NCBI RefSeq assembly: GCF_009914755.1
Contig: NC_060943.1
Direction: 5' to 3' (one strand)
Length of the DNA stretch: 64,000 nt
From: the human T2T-CHM13v2.0 reference genome, Homo sapiens
Shown here: in pieces, positions 1 to 29,459 of the stretch
Layout of the letters: the number at the start of each line of letters is the position of its first letter
Numbering within the stretch: position 1 is the first letter of the stretch
Position numbers and translations under genes: made by a program
Notes under the pieces: generated by a model
Seen by the model: only the letters and a program-made list of their open reading frames with translations
What the model was told of the DNA's origin: nothing
Databases searched by the model: none

Positions 1-65
1 TCCATGCCCCAGGGGCAATGCCCAGGCTGGGCTGAGGATGAAGCCTCCCAGGCAGGCCGAGGTGA

Positions 66-1040
<975 letters not shown>

Positions 1041-1273
1041 TGATGTCAGACAGACGTGGCAAATTGTCTCCCCTCCTCCCACAGTCCCCTGCAGAGCCTC
1101 AGGCCCATCCACAGTCAGGGCAACATGCCGCCTCTCACTGCTGACGGTGTGTCCTGTTACAAGCACACACAGTCATGTCATACCTTGACACACACACACC
1201 ATCATAACATCTAGACACACACACACACATGCTGTCATAACATCTAGAGACACACAGTGGTAACAACATCTAG

Positions 1274-1871
<598 letters not shown>

Positions 1872-2181
1872 TAATTTATTTTTATTTTTATTGAGACAGG
1901 GGTCTGTGTTGCCCAGGCTGGACTCGAACTCCTGGGCTCAAGCATTCCTCCTGCCTTGGCCTCCCAAAGTGCTGGGATTACGGATGTGAGCCACTGCGCC
2001 CCATTTATCAATTGGTGGACATTTGGTTGTTTCCACCTTTTTAGCGATTGTGAGTAGTTTTGCTATGAACACCTGTGTACAAGTATTTGAACACCATTCT
2101 ATGAAAATTTAAAACCTAGATCAATTGTATATCTTTTACATGTATCTGAGCGTTATACAAAAAAAGAATAAGAGTTTCTCA

Positions 2182-2642
<461 letters not shown>

Positions 2643-2992
2643 TTATTTATTTATTTTGAGACAGGGTCTTGCTCTGTTTCCCAGGCTGGAGGGCAGTGAT
2701 GCAATCTCAGTTCAATGCAGCCTCCAACTCCTGGGCTTGAGTGATCTTCCCACCTCAGCCCCCTGAGTAGCTAGGACCACAGGTGCACACCACCACGCCC
2801 AGCTAATTTTTGCATTTTTTTGTGGAGACAAGGTCTTGCCATGTTGCCCAGGCTGGTCTTTAACTCCTGAGCTCAGCAGTCCACCCGCCTCAGCCTCCCA
2901 AAGTGCGGGGATTACAGGCATGAGCCACCGTGCCTGGCCTGCAAATGCATGTTGTTACATCCACATGTGAACACTCTGCCACAGTCACCTAG

Positions 2993-3307
<315 letters not shown>

Positions 3308-3381
3308 TGAGACTTCAACACATTCCTGACCCTCTCTGGGCCAGAGCTTCCCATTTTGTCCCATGCAAAGTTTGGATTACA

Positions 3382-3490
3382 TCAGGGGTTGGTAAATTAC
3401 CACCTTCAGACCAAATCTATCCATTGTCTTTTTTTTGTCAATAAAGTTTTATTGGTACCCAGCCACGCCCATTCATTTACTATGTTTTTG
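3382..3490. mobile_element. MER58-like DNA transposon fragment
   Basis: caggggttggtaaatta...aataaagttttattgg...agccacgcccattcattta. Confidence 0.65.
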
Positions 3491-3982
3491 ACTGCCTGAC
3501 TATTCTGAATAATGACCCTGGCACTTGGTCACAGAGAGTCAGACACTCACAGTCACACTGTGTCCACATGTGTCACTCACCTGGACACCAATAACACAGA
3601 CACAGTTCCAAGGAAGTTGATAGTCACAGGTATGTTGCCTTATAAACACAGTCTCGGCTGGGTGCAGTGGCTGACGCCTGTAATCCCAGCACTTTGGAAA
3701 CCGAGGCGGGCGGATCATTCGAGGTCAGGATTTCGAGATCAGCCTGGCCAACATGATGAAACCCTGTCTCTACTAAAAATGCAAAAATCAGCTGGGCGTG
3801 GTGGCACGCAGCTGTAGTCCCAGCTACTCAGGAGGCTGAGGCAGGAGAATCACTTGAATCCGGGAGGCGGAGGTTGCAGTAACCCAAGGTCGCCCCACTG
3901 CACTCCAGCCTGGGCAACAGAGTGAGACTCTGTCTCAAAAAAACACACACAAAAAAACACACAGTCTCACTGTCACCCCTAG

Positions 3983-4374
<392 letters not shown>

Positions 4375-5354
4375 TGAGACGGAGTCCTGCTCTGTCGCCC
4401 AGGCTGGAGTGCAGTGGTGTGATCTCGGCTCACTGAAAGCTCCGCCTCCTGGGTTCATGCCATTCTCCTGCCTCAGCCTCCCAAGTAGCTGGGACTACGG
4501 GCACCTGCCACCACGCCTGGCTAATTTTTTTGTATTTTTAGTAGAGACGGGGTTTCACCATGTTAGCCAGGATGGTCTCGATCTCCTGATCTCATGATCC
4601 GCCTGCCTTGGCCTCCTGAAGCGCTGGGATTACAGACTTGAGCCACCACGCCCTACCAATTTTTTGTATTTTTAGTAGAGACGGGGTTTCACCATGTTAG
4701 CCAGGATGGTCTCGATCTCCTGACCTCGTGATCCGCCTGCCTTGGCCTCCCAAAGTGCTGGGATTACAGGCATGAGCCACCGTGCCTGGCTGACACACTT
4801 TTTTTGTTTAGACAGGGTCTTGCTCTGTTGCCCAGGCTGGAATGCAATGGCGCGATCATAACTCACTGCAGGCTTGACCTTCTGGGCTCAAGCAATCCTG
4901 CTGAGTAGCTGGGACCATAGGCGTGTGCCACCACACCCAGCTTATTAAAAGAAATTTTTTTTTTGTAGAGACTAGGTCTTGCCCAGGCTGGTCTCAAACT
5001 CCTGACCTCAAGTGATCCTCCTGCCTTACCCTCCCAAAGTGTTGAGATTATAGGCGTGAGCCACTATGCCTGGCCTGTGCCCCTTTTCTTGACCCTGTGC
5101 TTGGGCATAAATGCATTTGTGTCTGTGACTGTGTTTCTCTGCCCCTATAATGGTGTCCCTGTGCCCAAGATGACAGGGCCGTGTCTGTGTAACAGAGTCT
5201 GACTCATGACAGTGTCTCTATGTGGCAGGGTGACTACATCTTTGTGACAGAGTATGTGTTCCTCTGGTGATAGTGTGCCTACGCTGGTGACAAAGTGGTA
5301 ATGCCATGTGTCCCTGTGGGCGACAGTGTGACAGTGTCAGTGCGACAGTGCCTG

Positions 5355-6045
<691 letters not shown>

Positions 6046-6898
6046 CAGTGTCTTTGTGACTGACACCGTCTGTGTAAATGTAGTATGCTGTGGTTGTCCA
6101 GATGTCCATGAGTGTCACCATGCCTGGTTGACTGTGTAACCTGGTGACTGTTCATTGGGGAATGAGGTGTGTCAACACGGGTATGACAGTATTATTATTT
6201 TTTTTTAATGACTTAGAGTCTCACTCTGTCACCCAGGCTGGAGAGCAATGGCGCAATCTTGGCTTACTGCAACCACCGCCTCCGGGGTTCAAGTGATTCT
6301 CCTGCCTCAGCCTCCTCAGTAGCTGGGATTACAGGCATGCGTCACTGTGCCCAGCTAATTTTTGTATTTTTAGTAGAGAGGGTTTCACCATGTTGGTCAG
6401 GCTGGTCTCAAACTCCTGACCTCAGGTAATCCACCCGCCTTGGCCTCCGAAAGTGCTGAGATTACAGGCCTGAGCCGCCATGCTTGGCCTATGATTTAGA
6501 TGTTCCTGTCTGTTTGGGTGACAGCCCCTGGGTGACAGTGTCTGAATCTAGATAATGTGGCTGTCCCTGGGGGCCACAATGTGCCTGCGTCTGTCCCTGT
6601 GCAAATCACTGGAGGTGAAGAGGGACCGTGACAATGTGTGTGTCGGTAAGCGTGGGGTGACAGTGTGCCTGTGTGTCATTGCTCAGACTGTCCCCTGTAA
6701 CAGGGTAACTTTTTCCCTAGGACTGGCCCTGTGAGTGATGGTGTTTGGATAAAAGAGTCTGGGTGGAAGTGTGGCTGCCTGCAGGTGACAGTGCGACAGT
6801 GTCACTGTGCCTGCCCCTTGGATGAAGCGTGATGCATCTTCATGATGGTTTGTCTGTGGCCCGTGCCTGTTCCTGCGAATGGCTGTGTCTGCGACTAG

Positions 6899-7810
<912 letters not shown>

Positions 7811-8461
7811 TGACCCCCGACTTCAATCTCCGCTCTCCCCAACCCTGGACTCCCATTCCACCACTGTCTCCTCCCCTCCTTTGCCCTCTGATTCTGGGCT
7901 CTTGCCCACCCCCCCCACACCTCAGTTTCTCCATCTCTCTTCACCTGGCCCAGTATTTTTCTCCCAGCCCTTGTTCCCCAGCCCCACCTCGGCCTCACAA
8001 CGCTCAGCCATGAGCCTCCTACCCGCCTGCTGCAGACCAGCCAGCCCCACCTTCCACAGACCCCTCAGCCATCTACCCCTCCAGACCAGCCCCACCGTAG
8101 ACCCCTAGCCCATCTTAGACCTCAGATTGTCCACCGAGTCCTCCCCTAGAACCCCTAGTCCTACCCTGTTCCTGCTTGCCTGGGCCTACGGCCTGTACCC
8201 TGAGCCTACGGCCTGTACCCTGAGCCTCTCTTCTGCCCCTAAACTCCCGCATCTGAGCCCCTCCTGGAAGGACTGCTTCTCTCATATTCTCCTATCCCAG
8301 CACGGACATCCCGGCCTCATGCCCCATGCTCCATTCTGGTTGTCCCTCACTGGCTCCCACTTGTACCATGGCTGCGTCTGGATGTGTCCCCTCCCCGCTG
8401 TGGTCCCCTCCGCTCAGCCTGCCCCAGAAGTGGCCCCCTGCTGAGCTTTCCCCTCCTGCAG

Positions 8462-8864
<403 letters not shown>

Positions 8865-9739
8865 TTAAAAATACAACTTAGCTGGGCATGGTGGTGCACA
8901 CCTGTAATCCCAGCTGTTTGGGAGGCTTAGGCAGGAGAATTACTTGAACCCGGGAGGTGGAAATTGCAGTGAGCCATGATCACGCCATTGCCCTCCAGCC
9001 TGGGTGACAGAGTGAGACTTTGCCTCAAAAGAGAACGAAAACAACAACAAAAACAAAAAAACAGGCCAGGTGCAGCAGCTCATGCCTGTAATCCCAGCAC
9101 TTTGGGAGGCTGAGACAGGAGGATCACTTGAGGCCAGGAGTTTGAGACCAGCCTGGGCAACATAGCAAGACCCTGTCTCTACAAAAAATAAAATGTAAAA
9201 ATTAGCCAGATGTGGTGGCCCACACCTGTAGTCCTAGCTGTTCTAGAGGTGGGAGGATCACTTGAGCCCAGTGAGCTATCATTGAGCCATTTCACTCTAG
9301 CCTAGATGACAGAGAGACCCTGTCTCTAAATTAAAAAAAAAGAAAAAAAACTTCAAGTTTATTTAGATTAAAAAAAAGGCTGGGCGTGGTGGCTCACGCC
9401 TGTAATCCCAGCACTTGGGGAGGCCGAGGCGGGTGGATCACGAGGTCAGGAGTTCAAGACCAGCCTGGCCAGCATGGTGAAACCCCATCTCTACAAAAAA
9501 TACAAAAAAATTAGCCAGGCGTGGCGGCGCGTGCCTGTAATCCCAGCTACTCGGGAGGCTGAGGCAGAGAATTGCTTGAACCCAGGAGGCGGAGGTTGCA
9601 GTGAGCCGCGATTGTGCCACCGTACTCCAGCCTGTGCAACAGAGCAAGACTCCATCTCAAAATAATAATAATAATAATAAATAAATAAAACAAATTTAAA
9701 AAGAAAGGAAAACCAAACAAGAAACCAATATATCATATT

Positions 9740-11786
<2,047 letters not shown>

Positions 11787-12153
11787 TAATCTCATGGCAA
11801 AAAAGGAAAAAGAAAGAAAATTAATACGTATGTACAAAAAAAAAAGGGAGTGTGGAGAAGAGTAACAGGAGAGCAGACACCCATATTACCACCACCTGCG
11901 TTAGGAAATAGAATATGGCAGCCAGGTGCCACGGCTCATGCCTGGAATCCCAGCATTTTGGTATTTGTAGGAGGATCACTTGAACCCAGGAGTTCAAGAC
12001 CAGCCTGGGCAACATAGCAAGACCTTGTCTTTACAAATAATTTAAAAATTGGGGCATATGGCCAGGTGTGGTGGCTCACGCCTGTAATCCCAGCACTTTG
12101 GGAGGCCGAAGCGGGTGGATCACAAGGTCAGGAGATCGAGACCATCCTGGCTA

Positions 12154-12729
<576 letters not shown>

Positions 12730-13101
12730 CTATAATTTGTAGTTGTAGAACCCCATGTTTGCATCCCCAAAAACTTTTGTTTAATTTTGCCTGGTATTAG
12801 AACTTTATATTGACAGGCTCATACAGACTATTCTATCACATGGCTTCTTTCATTCAACATTGTTTAGGGGCTAGGCATAGTGGCTCATGCCTGTAATCCC
12901 AGCACTTTGAGAGGCCGAGGTGGAGGGATTGCTTGAGCCAAGGAATTTGAACCCAGCCTGGGCAACATGGTGAAACCCCACCCTACAAAAAAATGCAAAA
13001 AACAAAACCAAACTAAAAAAAGCATTGTTTTGGTAGACTCATCCATTTTGTTGTGACAAGCTATAGTTAATTCATATTTATTCCTGTTTAGTAATCCATT
13101 A

Positions 13102-13184
13102 TGTTAGACTGAGCCATATCGAATTGCCTCTTTCTGAAAGCAAAAAAATAGTTAAATATCAGCAATTTCGTACTTCAGCTACTA
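13102..13184. mobile_element. MADE2-like mariner MITE
   Basis: ~80-bp imperfect palindrome ttagactgagccatatcgaattgc...gcaatttcgtacttcagcta. Confidence 0.6.
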
Positions 13185-13347
13185 AGATGGTATAGCAGTT
13201 TTAAAATATTAATTCTCCTGTTAATGGACTGTGGGATGCCTCTATTTTGGACTGTTACATACACTTTATATAAATGCATCTCCTGATGTATACCCACATG
13301 CATTTGGCTAGGGTAAATCCTCAGGAGTGCCTGGGCGCGGTGGCTCA

Positions 13348-13752
<405 letters not shown>

Positions 13753-13911
13753 TTACAGTGGGAGAAAAGTTATGGAGGGGAGGATTCATTTTAAAAAGAT
13801 AGCAGACAGCTAGGCCTGGTGGCTCATGCCTGTAATCCCAGATACTTGGGAGGCTGAGGCAGGAGAATATCACTTGAGGCCAGGAGTTTGAGACCAGCCT
13901 GGGCAACATAA

Positions 13912-14524
<613 letters not shown>

Positions 14525-14663
14525 TGATGGCCAGGCTGGTCTTGAACTCCTGGCCTCAAGTGATCGCCTGCCTCAACCTCCTAAAGTGCCGGGATTACAG
14601 GCATGAGCAACCTTGTCTGGCTACTGCCAGCATTTTCTGACTGGGCCCTCTCTCCCATTTCAG

Positions 14664-14773
14664 GTGAAGTCAGCACTGTGCTTAAGCTGGATAACACAGT
14701 GGTGGGGCAGACGTCTTGGAAGCCATGTGGCCCCAATGCCTGGGACCAGAGCTTCACTCTGGAGCTGGAAAGG
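14664..14773 (+). CDS. PKN1: PKN1 exon 8 (SEVSTVL...LELER)
   Basis: ttcag|GT; AGG|gtgagc; 110 nt. Confidence 0.96.
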
Positions 14774-14864
14774 GTGAGCTGCGTTGGAGGACAGCAGGGC
14801 CTAGAGGAGGAGGGGTTCCATGCCTCTGGCACCCTGAGTGATGGCCCTCTTCCTCTCCCTCCAG

Positions 14865-15008
14865 GCACGGGAACTGGAGTTGGCTGTGTTCTGGCGGGAC
14901 CAGCGGGGCCTGTGTGCCCTCAAATTCCTGAAGTTGGAGGATTTCTTGGACAATGAGAGGCATGAGGTGCAGCTGGACATGGAACCCCAGGGCTGCCTGG
15001 TGGCTGAG
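14865..15008 (+). CDS. PKN1: PKN1 exon 9 (ARELEL...CLVAE)
   Basis: tccag|GCA; GAG|gtatag; 144 nt. Confidence 0.96.
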
Positions 15009-15068
15009 GTATAGCCCACACCTGACCCTGAGAAAATGCTTCTTCTCCCTCACTGCCCCATTCCCAGT

Positions 15069-16254
<1,186 letters not shown>

Positions 16255-16459
16255 TTAAAAAAAAAAAAAAAGAAGAAGAAGAAGCTGATTTCCAAATTTA
16301 GAAATGTTTAAAGAAAAAAGGAAATAAATTATAAAATTTCTTCCAACCAGGAAAGAGATACAAAACCTGGCAACATATCGTGGTGATTGCTACCAGAGCC
16401 ACAGTCAAGAGAAAGTGATTCCTTCCACAGCTGTGTGAGGGTGAAGGTCTGAATTGAGG

Positions 16460-16645
16460 TGGCCTACCCTTGGCACTGTTGACATCTGGGGCCACATCAT
16501 CCTCTGTGGTGGGGCTGTCCTGCATACTAGAGGATGTAGCACCTCTCCCCACTGCTTACAGGATGTCAGTAGCACCACCTCCCCCTGAGTTTTGACAGCC
16601 CAGAGGTCTCCAGACACTGTCAAGTGCTCCCTGGCCGGGAACCCC
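16460..16645. mobile_element. MER20 (hAT) fragment
   Basis: ggcactgttgacatctggggc...ggggctgtcctgca...tctccagacactgtcaagtgctccctgg. Confidence 0.7.
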
Positions 16646-16853
16646 TGGTCTAAATGACATTTCTAGCTGAGTTCTCATAGTATAAGCCAGGCTCTGTAGC
16701 GAGTACTTTGGCGACGTGAACTCATTAATTCTCACAACCAACCAACAAAAGAGGGACTGTTATTACTCAAATTTGACAGAGGAGGAAACTGGGGCACAGA
16801 GAAGGGGCACTTGACCCCTCATTTAGCCAAATTATCCTAAAAAACTCTTTTAA

Positions 16854-18090
<1,237 letters not shown>

Positions 18091-18211
18091 AAGCAGAGGT
18101 TCTCCCCTGGTCTGACCATCAAGCACCAGTGAAAGAAAGGGGCGGGGCCAGGCACAGTGGCTCACACCTGTAATCCCAGCACTTTGGGAGGCTGAGGCGG
18201 GCAGATCACTA

Positions 18212-18424
<213 letters not shown>

Positions 18425-18828
18425 TCAAAAAAAAAAAAAAGAAAGAAAGAAAGGGGCGTGGAGAAGAGCTGACTCCAGATGGCAGAGGTTTAAAATTGTT
18501 CTCCCATTCAGAACACAGCCCAAACCAAATGGAAAGTGATGGTGGGTGGCCTGGGGGACACATTCTAAAGCGTTTCTCCTTGCCTTCAAGGTCTCTCTGT
18601 GGCATTCTATTTTGTTTTTATGCCTATACAGAAGCATTCTTCCATAGAACTTTTCTGCAGCTCTGGCCGGGCGCTGTGGCTCACGCCTGTAATCCCAATA
18701 CTTCGGGAGGCTGAGGCGGATGGATCATTTGAGGTCAGGAGTTTGAGACCAGCCTGGCCAACATGGTGAAACCCTGTCTTTACTAAAAATACAAAAATTC
18801 GGCTGGGTGCGGTGGCTCACGCCTGTCA

Positions 18829-19443
<615 letters not shown>

Positions 19444-19548
19444 CTAGAAGTTGTATTGGAGTTGGGAGAATTCAACTTGACAGGTGGCTTCCATAGATGG
19501 GTGGGCACCAGCATTGCCTGGGGGCTTGTTGAAATACTGAGTGCTTTA

Positions 19549-19788
<240 letters not shown>

Positions 19789-19839
19789 CTACTCATATGT
19801 GCATATATATATGTGTGTATATATATATATGTGTGTGTG

Positions 19840-19872
<33 letters not shown>

Positions 19873-20299
19873 CATGCGCGCGCTTCCTCCACTCCATGTT
19901 TCTGGCTCAGTAGGTCAAACCTGCGTTTCTAGAAAGTTCCCAGGTGTTGCTGCTACTGCAGGTCTGGGGTCTGGGAGCACATGTGGGGAATGGGGTGTGG
20001 GATGGCGTGGCGTCCGTTTGCAGTCGCTGTCTGTCAGTCTTGTTGGGTCAGATGCTCTCCCCACCTCTAGAAAGGGACCCGGTTGTTTGCTTCTTGCTTT
20101 TCCAAGACGTCCCTTCAGGAGGGGAGCCATGGGTTGCACCGATGACCTCTTCATTGTCACCTGGTACTCGGGTTGAATCTGATGCCACGTGACCAGAACC
20201 CCACTTGGGCGCGCACACCTGTGCTCCCAGGGGCTTCCTTACCAAGCTGTCTGCCTGCAGGTGGGCAGAGGGTCCTCACATTTTGGTCCCTTCCCCCAG

Positions 20300-20375
20300 G
20301 TCACCTTCCGCAACCCTGTCATTGAGAGGATTCCTCGGCTCCGACGGCAGAAGAAAATTTTCTCCAAGCAGCAAG
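20300..20375 (+). CDS. PKN1: PKN1 exon 10 (VTFRNP...SKQQ)
   Basis: cccag|GTC; CAAG|gtgaga; 76 nt. Confidence 0.96.
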
Positions 20376-20460
20376 GTGAGAGGGTGCTCCAGGCTTCCTG
20401 GGGGAGAGGCCAGGGGTCCTGGGAGTGTCATGGAGGGTGACGCCTGCCCCGTCCCCCCAG

Positions 20461-20602
20461 GGAAGGCGTTCCAGCGTGCTAGGCAGATGAACATCGATGT
20501 CGCCACGTGGGTGCGGCTGCTCCGGAGGCTCATCCCCAATGCCACGGGCACAGGCACCTTTAGCCCTGGGGCTTCTCCAGGATCCGAGGCCCGGACCACG
20601 GG
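20461..20602 (+). CDS. PKN1: PKN1 exon 11 (GKAFQR...ARTT)
   Basis: cccag|GG; ACGGG|gtaagg; 142 nt. Confidence 0.96.
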
Positions 20603-20692
20603 GTAAGGAAGGAGGGCCCCATGGTCCCGGCTGCCCCTTGAAGCCTGCGAGGGTCCTGGGTCCCAGACACACCCTCCTCTCGTCTGCTGCAG

Positions 20693-20786
20693 TGACATAT
20701 CGGTGGAGAAGCTGAACCTCGGCACTGACTCGGACAGCTCACCTCAGAAGAGCTCGCGGGATCCTCCTTCCAGCCCATCGAGCCTG
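20693..20786 (+). CDS. PKN1: PKN1 exon 12 (DISVEK...SPSSL)
   Basis: tgcag|T; CTG|gtgagg; 94 nt. Confidence 0.95.
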
Positions 20787-22100
20787 GTGAGGGTCCCCCC
20801 TTCTATCCCCGTAGGCCTGGCCTGGGCAGCGTCAGGGGTCCTGCTCCAGGCTCAGAGACCACTAGGAACTTCCCTGGAGCCACGCAGCATGTCTGTGGCA
20901 GAACCAGGGCCCAGATCTCTATGCTGGTTAAAACGTGTGCCCAGATCCCCATCCTGGTTAAAAAACTGCTCATGCCTATAATCTCAGCACTTCTGGGAGG
21001 CTGACATGGGAGGATTGCTGGAGCCCAGGAGTTTGAGACCAGCCTGGGCAACACAGTGAGCCACTGTGAGCCATGATCCTGCCACTGCACTCCAGCCTGG
21101 GCAACATAGCGAAATACTATCTCAAAAAACAAAACAGGCTGGGCACAGTGGCTCACACCTGGAATCCCAGCACTTTGGGAGGCTGAGGCGGGTGGATCAC
21201 TTGAGGCCAGGAGTTCAAGACCAGCCTGGCCAACACAATGAAACCCCGTCTCTAATAAAAATACAAGAATTAGCCGGGTACGGTGGTGGGCACCTGTAAT
21301 CCCAGCTACCCGGGCAACTGGGGCAGGAGGATCAGTTGAACCTGAGAGGCGGAGGTTGCAGTAAGCCAAGATCATACCAATTGCGCTCCAGCCTGGGCGA
21401 CAGAGCGACTCCATCTCAAAAAATAAAAATAAATAAAACTGTGAGCTCAGCGGCTGGACCCCCTGGGTTCCCACCCCTGCCGTGCCACCTCTTGGCTCTG
21501 CGCTTCACCTCTGTGCCTCAGTGTACCACTTTGCAAAACGAGCATATTTAAAACTCATGTCAATGATAGAATGATCGAGAGAGTGCTGTTCTCTAGGCAG
21601 AGGTTACCGCAAGCTGGGAGCCACAAGGGGACCTGCCGGGTGATGGAAATGTTCCTTATCTTGATCTCGGTCAGAGGTCAGCACGCGTTTTCCAGAAAGG
21701 GCCAGAGAGTCAATATTTTTGGCTTTGTGGGCTAGACAGTCCCTGTCTGCTTTGTAGTTTGAAAGCAGCCACAGACGATATATGTACACTGTAAGCGTGT
21801 CTCTATTCCAGTAAAACCTTATTGGTAGTACACGCGGAAGTTTGAACATTGTAGAACTTTCATGGGCAATGAAATATTATTCCTTTTTTTGTTTTTTTTT
21901 ATTCCCCCAACGATTTAAAAATGTAAAAATCAGTTTACCTGTGGTCCCAGCTACTTGGGAGGCCGAGGCAGGAGGATGACTTGAGCCCAGGAGTTGGAGT
22001 CTGGCCTGAACAACATGGCAAAACTCCATCTCTTTTTTTTTTTTTTTTGAGATGGAGTCTCACTCTGTTGCCCAGGCTGGAGTGCAGTGGCGTGATCTAG

Positions 22101-22389
<289 letters not shown>

Positions 22390-23001
22390 TAAAAACAGGC
22401 TGGCCCACCAGCCAGCATTTGCCAACTCCTAGGCTGGCTGATGGTTTCCTGGGTGGATGCATATGTAACCTGTTCCTCTTGCCCACCTCACTGAATGCAT
22501 TTTATTTATTTATTTATTTTGAGACAGAGTCTCACTCTGTCGCCCAGAATGGGCGTTGGAATGCAGTGGCGTGATCTCAGCTCACTCCAATCTCCGCCTC
22601 TCAGGTTCAAAGATGCCCATGCCTCAGCCTCCCTAATAGCTGGGACTACAGGCATGTGCCATCATGCCCAACTAATTTTTGGTTTTAGTAGAGATGGGGT
22701 TTCACCATGTTGGCCAGGCTGGTCTTGAACTCCTGACCTCAAGTGTTCTCCCCTCTGCAGCCTCCCAAATTGCTGAGATACAGGTATGAGCTACTGCACC
22801 CAGCCTGAATGCATTTTATCTTTTATCTTTTTTTTTTGAAACGGGGTCTCGCTCTGCCATCCAGGGTGGAGTGCAGTGGCGCAGTCATGGCTCGCTGCAG
22901 CCTCGACCTCCTGAGCTCAGGTGATCCTCTCACTTCAGCCTCCCAAGTAACTGGGACTACAGGCGTGCACCACCACACCTGGCTAATTTTTTATAGATCT
23001 A

Positions 23002-23358
<357 letters not shown>

Positions 23359-23510
23359 TCAGGAAGCTGAACGAAGAAGATCGCTTGAGGCCAGAAGTTT
23401 GAGACCAGCCTGAGGAACAGAACAAGACCCCATCTCTACAAAAATTAGGCCGGGCGCGGTGGCTGACGCCTGTAATCCCAGCACTTTGGGAGGCTGAGGC
23501 AGGTGGATCA

Positions 23511-23729
<219 letters not shown>

Positions 23730-23784
23730 TCAAAAAAAAAAAAAATGAGCTGGACGTGGTGGTGCATGCCTTTAGTCCCAGCTA

Positions 23785-24688
<904 letters not shown>

Positions 24689-24707
24689 TGACTCATAGTA
24701 GTCACTA

Positions 24708-24824
<117 letters not shown>

Positions 24825-24887
24825 TTACAAAAAATACAAAATAATTAGCTGGGTGTGGTGGCACATGCTTGTAGCCCCAGCTACTCA

Positions 24888-25004
<117 letters not shown>

Positions 25005-25313
25005 TCACTAATACCTACTAGCCTAATACCAAGATAATAATAGCTCTTAGGAAAGTTATTCATTTGTTCCTCCATGTAGCCCTATAAGATAAATACTGAT
25101 GGCACAGAGAGGTTCAGCAATTTACCCAAGGTCACACAGCCAGTAAGCAGCAGGTCCAGGATTCAAAGCTAGAGACTCAGGCTCTGAAGCCTGTGCCCTT
25201 TGTGGTGCCACCATACTGCCTCTGCTTTAGGGTCAGGTTCCTGGGTTCAAATCTCAATTCTGCAGCATGGGCTTGGAGATCCTGGGGAGGTCACTTCTCC
25301 CTTCAGAACCTCA

Positions 25314-25665
<352 letters not shown>

Positions 25666-25929
25666 TCAGGTGCTCTCTACACAGTGCCTAACCCCTCTAA
25701 ACATTCGGTACAGGCACTGAGATTGTGCCTGGTCTTCCCAGCATCCTTTTGATAATCAGGAACCCAACTGAGAAAGACTGAAACAAGTAAAGAAATTTAT
25801 TGGTCTGGATCTGAAAAGTCCAGGAGTGTGCTACCTTCAGGCATGGCTGTATCCAGGTGCTGAGATGACGTTTCTCAGTTCTGCTTCCCTCTGTATGGGC
25901 TTTGGTTGCCATCTGGGAGTCTGGAGTAA

Positions 25930-26749
<820 letters not shown>

Positions 26750-26770
26750 TGACTCCTCTGGCCCCCATAA

Positions 26771-27031
<261 letters not shown>

Positions 27032-27105
27032 TGAGGGCTGCTGGCTCTGCTTCCCTGGCCTCAGTTTCCACATCTATAAAATGGGGCATTTCCCTGCCCA
27101 AGTAA

Positions 27106-28417
<1,312 letters not shown>

Positions 28418-28464
28418 CCCCCTCCCCTGCCCCTGCCCCTGCCCCTGCCCGAGAGCTCTTAGTT

Positions 28465-28470
28465 TTTAAA
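28465..28470 (+). terminator. PKN1: Probable non-canonical PKN1 poly(A) signal TTTAAA
   Basis: No AATAAA seen close after the stop; TTTAAA 48 nt downstream of it, followed by a GT-rich tract (~28505-28522). Confidence 0.6.
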
Positions 28471-29112
28471 AAGGCCTTTGGGATTTGCCGGATCCTTGCA
28501 TCCTCCGTGTCTTCTTGTGTGCAGTCATTGGGGGTGGGGGCGTGCTTGGAGGTGTGGACGTTTGCGGGGCAGGTGGCTGGGTGGTCGTGGGAGTCTCGAC
28601 TGATGGGGGTGTCATCTGAAGAGGATCAAGGGGCGGCGTGGACTCGGGGCTGTTCTTATGGTGGGGAGCGTGGGTGAGCCGAGATGGGAGGGGGCGTCGG
28701 GATTGTGTTGGGGGGCGCCCAGGGGCGTGGGGCAAAATGGTTTGGGGATAGGGTTTTGGGGCTGTATTGGAAGAGCTCAAAGCCGCAGTGAGCAGAATGG
28801 TTTCGGAAGTCCGTTAGGGCAGCGGCAAGGTCAGGAAACGCCCCACACACCCTCTGTCTCTGCTCCCAGCGGAGCCCCAGCCCCGGCCGCCCGCACGGTG
28901 CGCTTGCTCCTGCGGCTCTGGCGCCCACGGGCCCGGCACCCTCGAACCTCCTAGAACCGCGCCCCCGTGTCTCCGCGCCCTCTTCTGGTAGGCCCCGGAA
29001 CTGCATCCACCCTGGAGGCGCACGCGGCGTCCCTGCAGCCCCCCGCGCGGCCCCAGTGGATGCCGAAGCCCCGACGGGACACACGGTCCTGCCTGGGCTC
29101 GCAGAATGGCTT

Positions 29113-29118
29113 TTTATT
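29113..29118 (-). terminator. PTGER1: PTGER1 poly(A) signal AATAAA
   Basis: tttatt on + strand, ~75 nt beyond the PTGER1 stop. Confidence 0.85.
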
Positions 29119-29192
29119 CCCAAAGGCTCTGCGCCGCGCACCTGGGCCCAGCCCAGGGTGGGCTGGCTTAGTCGTTGGGCCTCTGGTTGTGC

Positions 29193-29459
29193 TTAGAAGT
29201 GGCTGAGGCCGCTGTGCCGGGAGCTGCGCAGCGAGCTGGCCTCCCAGGCGCTCGGTGTTAGGCCCAGCCCCGCGGGGCCGCCCTTGGCTCCGGCCCTCGG
29301 GGGCAAGAGGCGAAGCAGTTGGCGCAGCACGGCCTGGCGCAGTAGGATGTACACCCAAGGGTCCAGGATCTGGTTCCAGGAGGCAAGGCGCACGGCCAGG
29401 AACAGTGGCCGCTGCAGGGAGGTAGAGCTCCAGCCGCCGACGGCCAGCGCCACCAACAC
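29193..29459 (-). CDS. PTGER1: PTGER1 exon 3 coding part (end of TM6, TM7 RLASWNQILDPWVY, C-tail)
   Basis: cgcag|GTG acceptor; TAA at 29193-29195; prostanoid receptor TM7 signature; 88 aa. Confidence 0.97.
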   Translation of the reverse strand: MLVALAVGGWSSTSLQRPLFLAVRLASWNQILDPWVYILLRQAVLRQLLRLLPPRAGAKGGPAGLGLTPSAWEASSLRSSRHSGLSHF

